DNA of 64,000 nucleotides from a virus: the IMG/VR virus record IMGVR_UViG_3300035181_000829, positions 1-64,000 of that record, one strand, 5' to 3'. The position numbers were made by a program, and so were the translations under genes. The notes under the pieces are model-generated. The model was not told the DNA's origin. It was given only the letters and a program-made list of their open reading frames with translations, and did not search any database. Below, in pieces: positions 48,089 through 56,562 of the stretch (position 1 is the stretch's first letter; each line of letters begins with the position of its first letter).

Positions 48089-48126
48089 AAAAAAATGGGA
48101 GACTCGACCATTGCTGGGAGTCTCCC
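48089..48126 (-). terminator. rho-independent terminator
   Basis: GGGAGACTC/GAGTCTCCC stem followed by a T run on the minus strand. Confidence 0.8.
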
Positions 48127-48176
48127 TAGTTACCCGCCCCAAACGGAACTAAAGAACGGGTTCGTTCGAATATCTG

Positions 48177-48554
48177 TTAGGCGATTACCACGAAGGACGT
48201 ATGCTTGGTATCGCTGTAGAAGTTGTTCACGCATTCCTCGATCTGGTCCATTGCGTTGAACGCGCCCGCGCCCATGTCAGCGAAGCGGGCCGCTACTGTT
48301 TCCGCGTCCATTGCATTTAGTGCTCGGTAGAAGTGGGCGATCGGCACAACAAATCGGTCGCCCGGAACGTAGGAAGGTCCGCCGGGAATCACTCTCGTCA
48401 ATGCAGAACAGAACGCGATGCCCGCCGCCGTTTCCACTTCTGTGTGGAGATACGCCGTGTTGATTTCCGCCACTTCCACGTCTTCGAGGGCAAGTGCCAT
48501 CTGCACGAAAGTGGGACTATTCTCGAATTCGACTTTGAAGATTGCGAGTTCCAT
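48177..48554 (-). CDS. hypothetical protein
   Basis: Own promoter TTGCAA-17-AAATAT (48623-48595), hairpin and AACGGAGCAAA RBS. Confidence 0.65.
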   Translation of the reverse strand: MELAIFKVEFENSPTFVQMALALEDVEVAEINTAYLHTEVETAAGIAFCSALTRVIPGGPSYVPGDRFVVPIAHFYRALNAMDAETVAARFADMGAGAFNAMDQIEECVNNFYSDTKHTSFVVIA

Positions 48555-48789
48555 TGTCATTTGCTCCGTTGTAGCGGGTCGTTCCCGCGATGTGATATTT
48601 GCAGGTAATCTCCCGCGTTGCAAGCGATTGTAGCGTTACAACCGGTATTCCGCAGGAACCCACGCATTACGTGCCAGTTCTTTTTCCGTTTACTTTGCTC
48701 CGTTTATGGCGGGTTGTTCCCGCAAGGATATGATTGCACGTTACCATCGGTGCAGCAATCGATTATAACAGGTCTGCTAATTTACCTTG

Positions 48790-48935
48790 TCTTCATCTAC
48801 ATAACGATCTTCATCTTCTTCTACTTCTTCATCATCGTTATATTCATTAACTACCCATCTTCTACTTCTCCATCTTCGTTATCATTATATTCATTAACTA
48901 CCCATCAACTTCAATGACTTAACCTATTAATCTAC
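48790..48935 (+). repeat. G-poor tract with CATTAACTACCC x2
   Basis: Copies at 48845 and 48892; the 3' end resembles 50245-50304. Confidence 0.85.
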
Positions 48936-48964
48936 AAGAAAAAAGGCGGACCTTACGATCCGCC
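48936..48964 (-). terminator. rho-independent terminator
   Basis: GGCGGA-loop-TCCGCC-TTTTTTCTT on the minus strand. Confidence 0.8.
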
Positions 48965-48994
48965 CTCTATCTAGGCTTATTAGGCTTATTAGGC

Positions 48995-49489
48995 TTACGC
49001 CTTGCCGTATTCCATGCCGGCCTTGGTCAGATGCACGGTGACTTGCGTCGTTCCATCGGTCAGGCATTCCTTGCCATCGATGTTGACCTTCATGCCGCCC
49101 GCCGTGCTGATGAGGCCGCAGGCCAGCAGATCACGCAGCACCCCATTGTCAAGGCCCTTGGCGGGGAACGCTTGCGCGCCATACTTCGTCCGCAAGCCGT
49201 AGAGCGATTTCTGCATCCGGTCGGTCACCGCGTCCTTGGCGCGGGTGATGCCCAGCACGATCTGGACCTTGCGACCGGCGTTGATCGGGCTGGACGGGCC
49301 GCTGTAGTCAATGGTCAACCCCGCGTCGCGGTGCACATGCACCACCGGCTGCTTGGCGACCTTCGTGGCCGGAATGTTGTCGGCCTTCGGCGCAGCCGCC
49401 ACCTTCGCCTTGGAACCCGGCAGGGTGATCTTGCGGGCCGGTTTGGTCGTTTTCGCAGCGGGAACAATAATTTCGCTTTTCGTGTCCAT
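48995..49489 (-). CDS. basic protein with H1-like N-tail; paralog of 44476-44997
   Basis: PAAKTTKPARK tail; strongly biased codons; own promoter and terminator. Confidence 0.75.
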   Translation of the reverse strand: MDTKSEIIVPAAKTTKPARKITLPGSKAKVAAAPKADNIPATKVAKQPVVHVHRDAGLTIDYSGPSSPINAGRKVQIVLGITRAKDAVTDRMQKSLYGLRTKYGAQAFPAKGLDNGVLRDLLACGLISTAGGMKVNIDGKECLTDGTTQVTVHLTKAGMEYGKA

Positions 49490-49592
49490 GATGAACCTCT
49501 TTGGTTTGGACCCCAACCGTGTCGTTATTGGCGCGGCTGATGTGTTATGTTAGCATGTCGTTATAGTCGATTGCAACGATATAACGAGTTTC

Positions 49593-49802
49593 TTAGCTGT
49601 TGATGACTTCTTCGAGGTCACCAATGATTTCCTTCCACGGCGTTGTCCGCTTGTAGGTCTTCTTCGTGTTCGCCGCGCATTTGGCCCTCAACTGCGTTGC
49701 GGTCATCCTGCTGTTCTTCATCCCCGCTGCAAACAGTCGGCAATGCCCTTTAAGGAATACCGCTTGCACACGAGGTTCGGCAGGATTCAAGATCGTTGTC
49801 AT
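49593..49802 (-). CDS. small basic hypothetical protein
   Basis: GMKNSRMT...TKKTYKR; AACGGAGCAAA RBS. Confidence 0.65.
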   Translation of the reverse strand: MTTILNPAEPRVQAVFLKGHCRLFAAGMKNSRMTATQLRAKCAANTKKTYKRTTPWKEIIGDLEEVINS

Positions 49803-49921
49803 TCGCTTTGCTCCGTTATAACGTGTTTCCGTGCAGTCGATTGTAAGCGAAAATCACCGTGAAAACCACGCGAAAATTAGTGTTCTAAGCCTGCTTTTTC
49901 ATGCTTTTTAATGTTCAATGT

Positions 49922-50201
49922 TATCAATGACTTACGTATATAACGAATAATACACCTTCAACATCAATGACTTATAAGGCACCTATCGATTGTAAGGAAA
50001 AACAACAACAATATCAGTGGCTTATACGTATAACACATATTACGCCTTTAATATCAACAACTTACAAGGTGCCTATCGATTGTAAGAGAATCATCAACAA
50101 TATCAACTACTTAACATATAACGGATAATACACCTTTAATATCAACAACTTACAGGAGCCTATCGATTGTAAGGAAAAACAACAACAATATCAATGGTTT
50201 G
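49922..50201 (+). repeat. about 89-bp tandem repeat x3 with IHF-consensus boxes
   Basis: CCTATCGATTGTAAG at 49982, 50072, 50159; exact WATCAANNNNTTR at 49922, 50052, 50101, 50140, 50189 (also 50277); near matches at 49962 and 50012. Confidence 0.9.
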
Positions 50202-50349
50202 TAGACCATCATAACGACTTCTTCATCATTGACTTCATCTAATACATTAACTACCCTTCATCATCATTTCCTTTATTATCAATGACTTAGCCTACTAATC
50301 TACATTGCCATCACGCAAAACTTGGGGGACTGTTTAGCTGTGTTTAGCT

Positions 50350-50472
50350 ATACTTAATCATATTATTACTATATATACTATCTATTAGTTTTTAGTAGTT
50401 TAGACCCGCGATGGAAGTTCTAGGCCCGCGATTCTTCTAGAGAACCCGCGATTATGCTTACAATCGATTGTA
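50350..50472. other. origin-like element: AT-rich stretch, three 20-bp-phased CCCGCGAT repeats, perfect palindrome
   Basis: AT-rich 50350-50402; CCCGCGAT at 50405, 50425, 50445; TACAATCGATTGTA at 50459. Confidence 0.5.
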
Positions 50473-50675
50473 GCGAAGTTTACACTATGCGTAGTGAACG
50501 CAAAAGAGATGTTATAGAACAAAGAAAGCAATGACTTAAAAAATAAGTCGTTATATGCACAATGACTTTATCTTGGATTTTATTATAGTGGGGCTACCTA
50601 TAGCCTGTCTATCGGTTTACCCCGCGTTTGTCGCCATAGGCTGCGTTGTATCCCATTTCAGTATTATCAAATGGA

Positions 50676-51017
50676 TCAGTTGCCGTAGAATACTATCCAT
50701 AGAATGCTTGACGCCACGGTGATCGTAATGCCAGTAAAGATGCCGAGGAAGAAAACCACGTTGACTACTACGGTGCTATGTTTGTTAGGTCTATCTAGCT
50801 TTGGTAGTTCTGGTGGGTAGACCCGCGTATGTGGTGTATATTCTATCTCCCCGCGATCCATTTCATACCGCGACCTGAAATCAGGGTGTTTCATTTCGGT
50901 TTCTGTTATCAGCAGACGCCGGTGATCCCGTATTACCTTTGCGAGCGCGGGTATAAGGTTCTTGGATACCTCGTTCTCTCTCATGCGCAAATGGCAATAT
51001 TCGTTATATTCTTCCAT
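50676..51017 (-). CDS. hypothetical protein with C-terminal TM helix
   Basis: VVVNVVFFLGIFTGITITVASSILWIVF. Confidence 0.5.
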   Translation of the reverse strand: MEEYNEYCHLRMRENEVSKNLIPALAKVIRDHRRLLITETEMKHPDFRSRYEMDRGEIEYTPHTRVYPPELPKLDRPNKHSTVVVNVVFFLGIFTGITITVASSILWIVFYGN

Positions 51018-51076
51018 CTGTTAATTCGATCCTAACGGAGTGCGGCTACTTTATTCGGCATACTATCTATCTATTA

Positions 51077-51283
51077 TCATACCTCTGGTGTTTCATGCTC
51101 AAACTTGTCTCTGTAGTAGATTGCCATATGACGGCTTACCCCGCAAACGACAGGTCGCGCTTGGCCGTAGAATACCATATTCCCCTGTTGTTTGATGTTT
51201 TCAACGTCTTTCACACGAAAGACGGCCCAACTGTAAATACTGTCGCCGTCATAGCGCCGGATCGTGAATACTTTCTTTGTCAT
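51077..51283 (-). CDS. hypothetical protein
   Basis: RRYDGDSIYSWAVFR; GGAG SD. Confidence 0.6.
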   Translation of the reverse strand: MTKKVFTIRRYDGDSIYSWAVFRVKDVENIKQQGNMVFYGQARPVVCGVSRHMAIYYRDKFEHETPEV

Positions 51284-51285
51284 GT

Positions 51286-51627
51286 TTACTCCCCGCGCCG
51301 CGCGTGCATTCCGGCGCTATCTATTGCCATCCATGCGTCGTCCCACGGATACCCCCGCGCGCACGGTCCATCTTGTCTTTTGCTGAACGCAGCGTCCTTG
51401 AACGGGGTTGCGAGCATGTCACGCAAAAGGACCGTCCCGCCGTTCTCCAACCAAGTCTCGAAGTTAGAGGCGTAGAAGGCATCATCCATCGACTTCTGGA
51501 TAATGGCACGCCAAAGAGGCAGCGCGTGTGCGCGGCTGACATGCTGATCATCTGGTTGGGCGTTGAGCATTTCTTCGATGCGGTCGAACACCTGATGGCA
51601 GGTAGGATTGTCTGGACGGCGAATCAT
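51286..51627 (-). CDS. hypothetical protein
   Basis: 113 aa, coupled to neighbours. Confidence 0.55.
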   Translation of the reverse strand: MIRRPDNPTCHQVFDRIEEMLNAQPDDQHVSRAHALPLWRAIIQKSMDDAFYASNFETWLENGGTVLLRDMLATPFKDAAFSKRQDGPCARGYPWDDAWMAIDSAGMHARRGE

Positions 51628-51812
51628 CAGTCAATCTCCCATGTCGTGCGCCAGCCTGCGAGCTTTACTACACGCTCTGACTTGACTTGCTTGCGGTCGG
51701 GATTGGCAGCTATCAACCTACGCATTTCAGCGTCCGAAATGCGTCTGCCATTGAGGTAGTAACGAAGGCGATAGAGGTTGCCCCACTTCGATGCTGTCTC
51801 AACAAGTTTCAT
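51627..51812 (-). CDS. hypothetical protein
   Basis: RYYLNGRRIS motif. Confidence 0.6.
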   Translation of the reverse strand: MKLVETASKWGNLYRLRYYLNGRRISDAEMRRLIAANPDRKQVKSERVVKLAGWRTTWEID

Positions 51813-51817
51813 TTGAT

Positions 51818-52288
51818 TTATCCTTGCTTACGGCGAGCGAACCGAGCATACGGATGGAAGTCACCGCCCGTATTTTTGTCAATGAGGAATGCTTGCATGA
51901 CGGGTTGCCCGTCATGGTTGTCGTTCAAGATACCATTGTTGTCATAGACGCCGTTGAATTCGCAGGCGACGACATTGAGGTGTGCTACCAAACACTTCGC
52001 AACGCTGATCGATTCAGACAAGAGGATCGAGTCATACTCCTGCGTGAGCGAAAGCATGACATTGTGGTCATAGTTGATAGAAATTTCTTCGAACACGTCG
52101 TTGTCGCGAAACACCGAATCAAGCACGAACGCAGCCGCTCCTGTATTCACGAAGTTGTCAGAATCAATCTCGAAAATATCTTTGACACACATAGCACCGA
52201 ATTCATTCCTCTCTAGGAAGATTGCGCGAACAACGCGCTTGGTTTTTTTGTCGAAAGAGGTGATTCCACAATCTATGATGAGTTTCAT
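51818..52288 (-). CDS. hypothetical protein
   Basis: Promoter TTGCAA-17-TACCCT (52363-52335), hairpin, AAACGGAGCAAA RBS. Confidence 0.65.
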   Translation of the reverse strand: MKLIIDCGITSFDKKTKRVVRAIFLERNEFGAMCVKDIFEIDSDNFVNTGAAAFVLDSVFRDNDVFEEISINYDHNVMLSLTQEYDSILLSESISVAKCLVAHLNVVACEFNGVYDNNGILNDNHDGQPVMQAFLIDKNTGGDFHPYARFARRKQG

Positions 52289-52399
52289 TCTGGTTTGCTC
52301 CGTTTGCTTGCGCGGTTACGTTCCGCGTATATGTAGGGTAAACCCGTTACTTCTTCGTTGCAATCGATTGTAGCATATCAAGAAGGCGATTGTAGCATA

Positions 52400-52840
52400 T
52401 CAAGAAGGCCATGAATCATCGTTGGATTTCAGCGTTAGGTGCACAAGGCCAATACAGTTGCACTGAACAAATAGAGATGTAGTCTTTGATCTTATTACCT
52501 TCGCGGTGCCATCGCAGTTAGGACAAGCGAACCTAAGTGTTTCCCCCGCCATCACCGGCCTTGGCACATGTCCGATAACATTTGACAAAAGCACTTGACT
52601 TTGAGAAACGTAGTCATCCCATTCTGCCCGTTCATTGGCAGTAAATTCCTTTCGGCCATTACAAGGCTTGATCAACGCAGGTGGATTAGGCAAGCACTTG
52701 AGAACAATGTCATTCTCGCCAAGCAATTGCATGTCACACTTTGGCCCACCTTCATGGTGGTAGAAACGACAGTGGTGTGTCGCGTGCAGAGGCATAGCCT
52801 GTGAATGGTATTTGGCTCTGTGTTTCTTTACCATGGGCAT
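52400..52840 (-). CDS. Cys-rich zinc-binding hypothetical protein
   Basis: CRFY, CPNCDG, QCNC. Confidence 0.6.
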   Translation of the reverse strand: MPMVKKHRAKYHSQAMPLHATHHCRFYHHEGGPKCDMQLLGENDIVLKCLPNPPALIKPCNGRKEFTANERAEWDDYVSQSQVLLSNVIGHVPRPVMAGETLRFACPNCDGTAKVIRSKTTSLFVQCNCIGLVHLTLKSNDDSWPS

Positions 52841-52843
52841 GAT

Positions 52844-53371
52844 TCAGTTCATCAGTGGGGGACGGGGGCGGGGGCCGCAAACTTCTTCGCAATACTTGGC
52901 TTCTTCCGGCGTCATCGCATCATTGTAGGTTTTGGGAAGTATGGTCGAGAACAGTGCGAGCGGCCCTACAAATGACTTTCTGCGTTCATCGGGTATGTCC
53001 GTCTCCTCAAGTCTGCTAAGAGTAACCGAGCCATCATCCTTATATTCGAGGATGGACGTAAAGATGCGCACAGCGGAATCGATAACATGCACATAAACAA
53101 GGTTGGGCTGGGCCGTCATGTTGGCGGGATCAACGCGAATGCCATGAATGAAACCAACAAGTTTGCGAATCCGCATCCACTTCAATGCAAGCGCAAGCTT
53201 GTCGAAGAAAGGTAAGGTAGACACGAAGTCGGCGTTAGCTGGGGCGGGGAAGATGATCTTCTTCTCTTGCATGTTGATTGCAATGAACACGGGATCAGCC
53301 CGCGTATGTGTCTCGATACATCTCAGCACTTCATCGTATAGTTCAACAACCTCTTTGGGAAAATCGCTCAT
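52844..53371 (-). CDS. hypothetical protein
   Basis: 175 aa, ATGA-coupled. Confidence 0.6.
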   Translation of the reverse strand: MSDFPKEVVELYDEVLRCIETHTRADPVFIAINMQEKKIIFPAPANADFVSTLPFFDKLALALKWMRIRKLVGFIHGIRVDPANMTAQPNLVYVHVIDSAVRIFTSILEYKDDGSVTLSRLEETDIPDERRKSFVGPLALFSTILPKTYNDAMTPEEAKYCEEVCGPRPRPPLMN

Positions 53372-53595
53372 TCCGTTTTCACTTTCGTTTGAACCCGCCC
53401 GCCGACATATGTATGCGCAACGATGATCAGGCGTTTTTCTTCGACAGGAAGTTCGTTGGCATCAAACACAACGAATCGTCTACCAGATTCGTCTGTCTGC
53501 ACATGCAGCCGCACTTGGCGCTCGCCGGTCGATTGGCCGTTGAACGTTTTGCGGACAGTGAAGCCCTCGATGGGTGGTCCGTCATTTCGTGCCAT
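53368..53595 (-). CDS. hypothetical protein
   Basis: GGAGCAAA RBS. Confidence 0.55.
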   Translation of the reverse strand: MARNDGPPIEGFTVRKTFNGQSTGERQVRLHVQTDESGRRFVVFDANELPVEEKRLIIVAHTYVGGRVQTKVKTE

Positions 53596-53646
53596 GGTTT
53601 GCTCCAGATGGTTCGAGGGTGAGGACGGGTATGATGTTGCAGGGGG

Positions 53647-53958
53647 TCATTTCGATACCCCGCGAAACTCATGGCAGGTGATACGGCGGGGGTTTGCCTC
53701 CTTATCAGCATCTTCCTTAGAAAAGTAATGAACTCGGGAAAGTCCATTTGGATACTCATTCACCCAGATCGTCTGGGGCTCGCGGACCTCGACGATATAA
53801 GGGATACCATGATACATAAAATCGCGGTCGGTCTGCACGGTAATCCAATTACCGCCATTATTCACTTTCCACAGAAGCGGATGAGAGCCGCCCATGCTGC
53901 CATCCAAGAATTTGGCTTCGTTACCGCACAGCACGGTCTTGTATTTCTTCTCGGTCAT
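53647..53958 (-). CDS. hypothetical protein, tandem paralog A
   Basis: MTEKKYKTVL...HPLLWK...TDRDF...IVEVREP..W.N.YP.GL. Confidence 0.7.
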   Translation of the reverse strand: MTEKKYKTVLCGNEAKFLDGSMGGSHPLLWKVNNGGNWITVQTDRDFMYHGIPYIVEVREPQTIWVNEYPNGLSRVHYFSKEDADKEANPRRITCHEFRGVSK

Positions 53959-54281
53959 TTCACCACCTCACGAAACTCGCGGCAGGCGATGCGATCGAAG
54001 CCTGCAACAATATCAGCCTCTTTTTTCGTGGTATAACTAGCTTGGGCAAGACCAGTTGGATAATCGTTTATCCATCGTGTTAGAGGCTCGCGTGTTAGAG
54101 GCTCGCGGACCTCGACAATGCAGGGTTTGCCGTAATGCAAAAAATCACGGTCGGTGCGAAGGATATACCACTCACCCTCTACAAGAGCCTTCCACAGAAG
54201 CGGATGCTTTCCACCCATATTGTCATCCAGCAATACGGTTTTGTGGCCGTGAAGCACGGTCTTGTATTTCTTCTCGGTCAT
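53955..54281 (-). CDS. hypothetical protein, tandem paralog B
   Basis: Same motifs as A; contains a 15-bp duplication at 54076-54105. Confidence 0.7.
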   Translation of the reverse strand: MTEKKYKTVLHGHKTVLLDDNMGGKHPLLWKALVEGEWYILRTDRDFLHYGKPCIVEVREPLTREPLTRWINDYPTGLAQASYTTKKEADIVAGFDRIACREFREVVK

Positions 54282-54625
54282 TTCATTTCTCCGGGGAATG
54301 TGAGATTGTGTTCCATAGCAAGCTGTTTGGCCTTCTTGAGGAAGTCACAAAGGTCATCTGCGCCGTCATGCACAAATTGTAGCTCGACGCAGAATTCAGT
54401 TTCTGGGGCTAGTTCCAGCGCCAGTTCATCATCGGGGAAATACCGAACGATATTTTCAACAAGGGCGCACTTGGCTTCGTCATACTTGGTGCGCTGCTCG
54501 TCTGTCATCAACTGACCGATGGCGCAGCCTGCGGTGTAAGAGCATCTGCAATTTTCACCATATCCTAGCCTGCCTTGCGCCATGAGGCCAAGGATTGCCT
54601 TGTCAAAGATTTCCTGTTTGGTCAT
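54278..54625 (-). CDS. conserved phage hypothetical protein
   Basis: MTKQEIFDK...QG, CAIGQL, LQFVHD. Confidence 0.65.
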   Translation of the reverse strand: MTKQEIFDKAILGLMAQGRLGYGENCRCSYTAGCAIGQLMTDEQRTKYDEAKCALVENIVRYFPDDELALELAPETEFCVELQFVHDGADDLCDFLKKAKQLAMEHNLTFPGEMK

Positions 54626-54983
54626 CCTTCGACTCCTTCAAAGGGATAATCGCCATTTTCCCCGGCTTAGTCATCCACGGCTGCAATACAATTGATTGTA
54701 GCCAATCCTGAGGCGTAGGGATCAGCCCAGCGCAATCTTCCCGCACATGCTGTTCCCCGATGAACCGAACTGGTATTTGTTTGCCATCCGAGTTGGTGAT
54801 CGTCACCCCAAACACGCGCTCGGCTTCGAAGATGCCATGCGTGTGATGGCGCAATGCCCGATGCCGGAAATCGGGCACAAGTTCTTTGGTGGCATCGAAC
54901 CAGTTATGGATCGGAAGATAATCTTCTGCCTTGCCGCCGAACTTATGAACCGAAGACAGTGCATGATGATGCGGATGAGCCAT
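54603..54983 (-). CDS. His-rich protein (DUF6915-like)
   Basis: MAHPHHHALSS..KFGG..EDY..IH.WFD.TK...DFRHRALRHH..GIF.AE..FG, EQHVREDC. Confidence 0.7.
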   Translation of the reverse strand: MAHPHHHALSSVHKFGGKAEDYLPIHNWFDATKELVPDFRHRALRHHTHGIFEAERVFGVTITNSDGKQIPVRFIGEQHVREDCAGLIPTPQDWLQSIVLQPWMTKPGKMAIIPLKESKDDQTGNL

Positions 54984-54996
54984 CAGATGTTCTCCT

Positions 54997-55449
54997 TCAG
55001 AATGAGTCGCTGCTGCTGATCGTCTCAATCACGTTTTCATTGTGATCGAGTTTCAGCTCATCTTCGGGGAGCAGCCATTCGAACTCACCTTGGCCCCCCT
55101 CATTGTTCTCGAAACCCGGATGCGTGGACATCAGCAAGTCCCAGAACATTTCTTGCAAGGCATTATGAACGCTGTCCACGGCTAACACTCCCGGCCTCGT
55201 GTCTGTAAGAGAAGACACCTTCTTCCAAAGGACTTCATCGAGTCTTTTGAATCCATCCGTGCCGCCGAAAATATCCAGATCATCAATCTGCCCGCTGTCC
55301 CCATAACCGCTATAGGTGCAGGTTACCCGGATTACCCCAAGGCCTGTCAGGATCGTGTGCAGGAGCTTGCGATTAGCCAAGGCCACTCTCAGTCTCTGGT
55401 TCTGCTTCGCATCCCAGTCTTTCATGAAATCAGTCACTTGGTCCGTCAT
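54997..55449 (-). CDS. DUF6878-like protein
   Basis: GV.RV...YSGYGDSGQID, HPGFENNEGGQG. Confidence 0.65.
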   Translation of the reverse strand: MTDQVTDFMKDWDAKQNQRLRVALANRKLLHTILTGLGVIRVTCTYSGYGDSGQIDDLDIFGGTDGFKRLDEVLWKKVSSLTDTRPGVLAVDSVHNALQEMFWDLLMSTHPGFENNEGGQGEFEWLLPEDELKLDHNENVIETISSSDSF

Positions 55450-55562
55450 GGTTCTTTCTCTCTTTCTCTTTAGTTTAGGGGCGTTTGTTTCTTAGCGTTT
55501 CCGTAATTAGAATGATATGACGCTGCTAATTTACCGCAGGATGCCTTGCGGCACAATACGGT

Positions 55563-55781
55563 TTATGACTGAGAAGACGCGATGATTGCAGCATTTAGCT
55601 TACCAAGTTCAACGTCCGTTTCGTCAAGCCGCCGACGCAGATCGGAAAGCGCATACTTGGCTGGGCCTTCGTAGTGTGGCCCACGTCTTTTCATCATGTC
55701 TTCATACTGCGCGATGTTGTCAAGCAGGTGCAACCTGTTCTCACGAAGCTGATCACGCCTGCTAATAATATTCGCCAGCAT
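55563..55781 (-). CDS. coiled-coil hypothetical protein
   Basis: 72 aa, coupled to the upstream gene. Confidence 0.5.
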   Translation of the reverse strand: MLANIISRRDQLRENRLHLLDNIAQYEDMMKRRGPHYEGPAKYALSDLRRRLDETDVELGKLNAAIIASSQS

Positions 55782-55782
55782 A

Positions 55783-56115
55783 TCAGTTGCCGTTGATCGA
55801 TTTCATGCAGGCGTTATACCACCACGCCTCGGTTTCGTTTTCGGTCTGCTTTTTCAGATCGTCGCTGTTGTAGATCGGCCCGGCGTAGACCTTGCTGACG
55901 ACCGCCCGAAGCAACTTGGTCAGGTCCGGGTCAGTGGAGGTCTTGTCGATGATGTTCAACGTATCAATGATCGACGTATTGGATTGGTGCGCTTTCTCGG
56001 TCGCGTTGGCAACCATTGCGAGATTGCGACACGCAGTTTCATCCGCGTGAAGCGGGCCGGATACACCGCACATTGCGATGGAAAGCAACACGGCGAATTT
56101 GGTAGAACTTTTCAT
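55783..56115 (-). CDS. secreted/periplasmic protein
   Basis: Signal peptide MKSSTKFAVLLSIAMCGVSGPLHA; promoter TTGCGT-17-TACAAT (56181-56153). Confidence 0.65.
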   Translation of the reverse strand: MKSSTKFAVLLSIAMCGVSGPLHADETACRNLAMVANATEKAHQSNTSIIDTLNIIDKTSTDPDLTKLLRAVVSKVYAGPIYNSDDLKKQTENETEAWWYNACMKSINGN

Positions 56116-56331
56116 TGTGGCTCCATTGGGTTGGGGTTATGCCGTGCAATCGATTGTAAGCCCGCTACTAGGATAACGCAAGACGATTGGAGGATACTGG
56201 AAGTAAGGGTGGAATAGACGGGTTTTCCGTTCTTGGAACGTCGTTGTAGGGGCTATTTTAGGCGATTTTAAGGCCAATGTCGGTGGTGCCCGCTAGGGTG
56301 GTAGCTTGAGAGACGGGAAACCAGTGTATGA

Positions 56332-56562
56332 TCAAGCCGTGACGCTTTCGAAGAAGGCTTCAAGCTCTCGGGGGTTGGCATCCGCCGTGGCGTAGTTCAT
56401 CATCATCGCAAAGGCAATGTAGCCTTTACGATGGTCAGGTATCATCCTGAAAACATCGCGTGCTTTCGCTTTCTGACCATTTTCGTAGGCCATGAGAATT
56501 TCCGCCGCGAGGTCTTGCAACGCCTCAAGTGTGCGGTCGTTAACGAGGCCGGTGACACTCAT
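56332..56562 (-). CDS. hypothetical protein
   Basis: 76 aa, ATGA-coupled. Confidence 0.55.
   Translation of the reverse strand: MSVTGLVNDRTLEALQDLAAEILMAYENGQKAKARDVFRMIPDHRKGYIAFAMMMNYATADANPRELEAFFESVTA

Noticed and set aside
45636-48930. CtrA boxes (TTAA-N7-TTAA)
   Set aside because: Only TTAAC half-sites occur; the one pair (48919) is spaced by 4 bp, not 7.
49922-50201. 89-bp repeats as CRISPR
   Set aside because: The whole unit is repeated with divergence; there are no unique spacers.
45599-50304. CATTAACTACCC units as a CRISPR mini-array
   Set aside because: The repeat is only 12 bp, the spacers are low-complexity and similar to each other, and there are no cas genes in the window.
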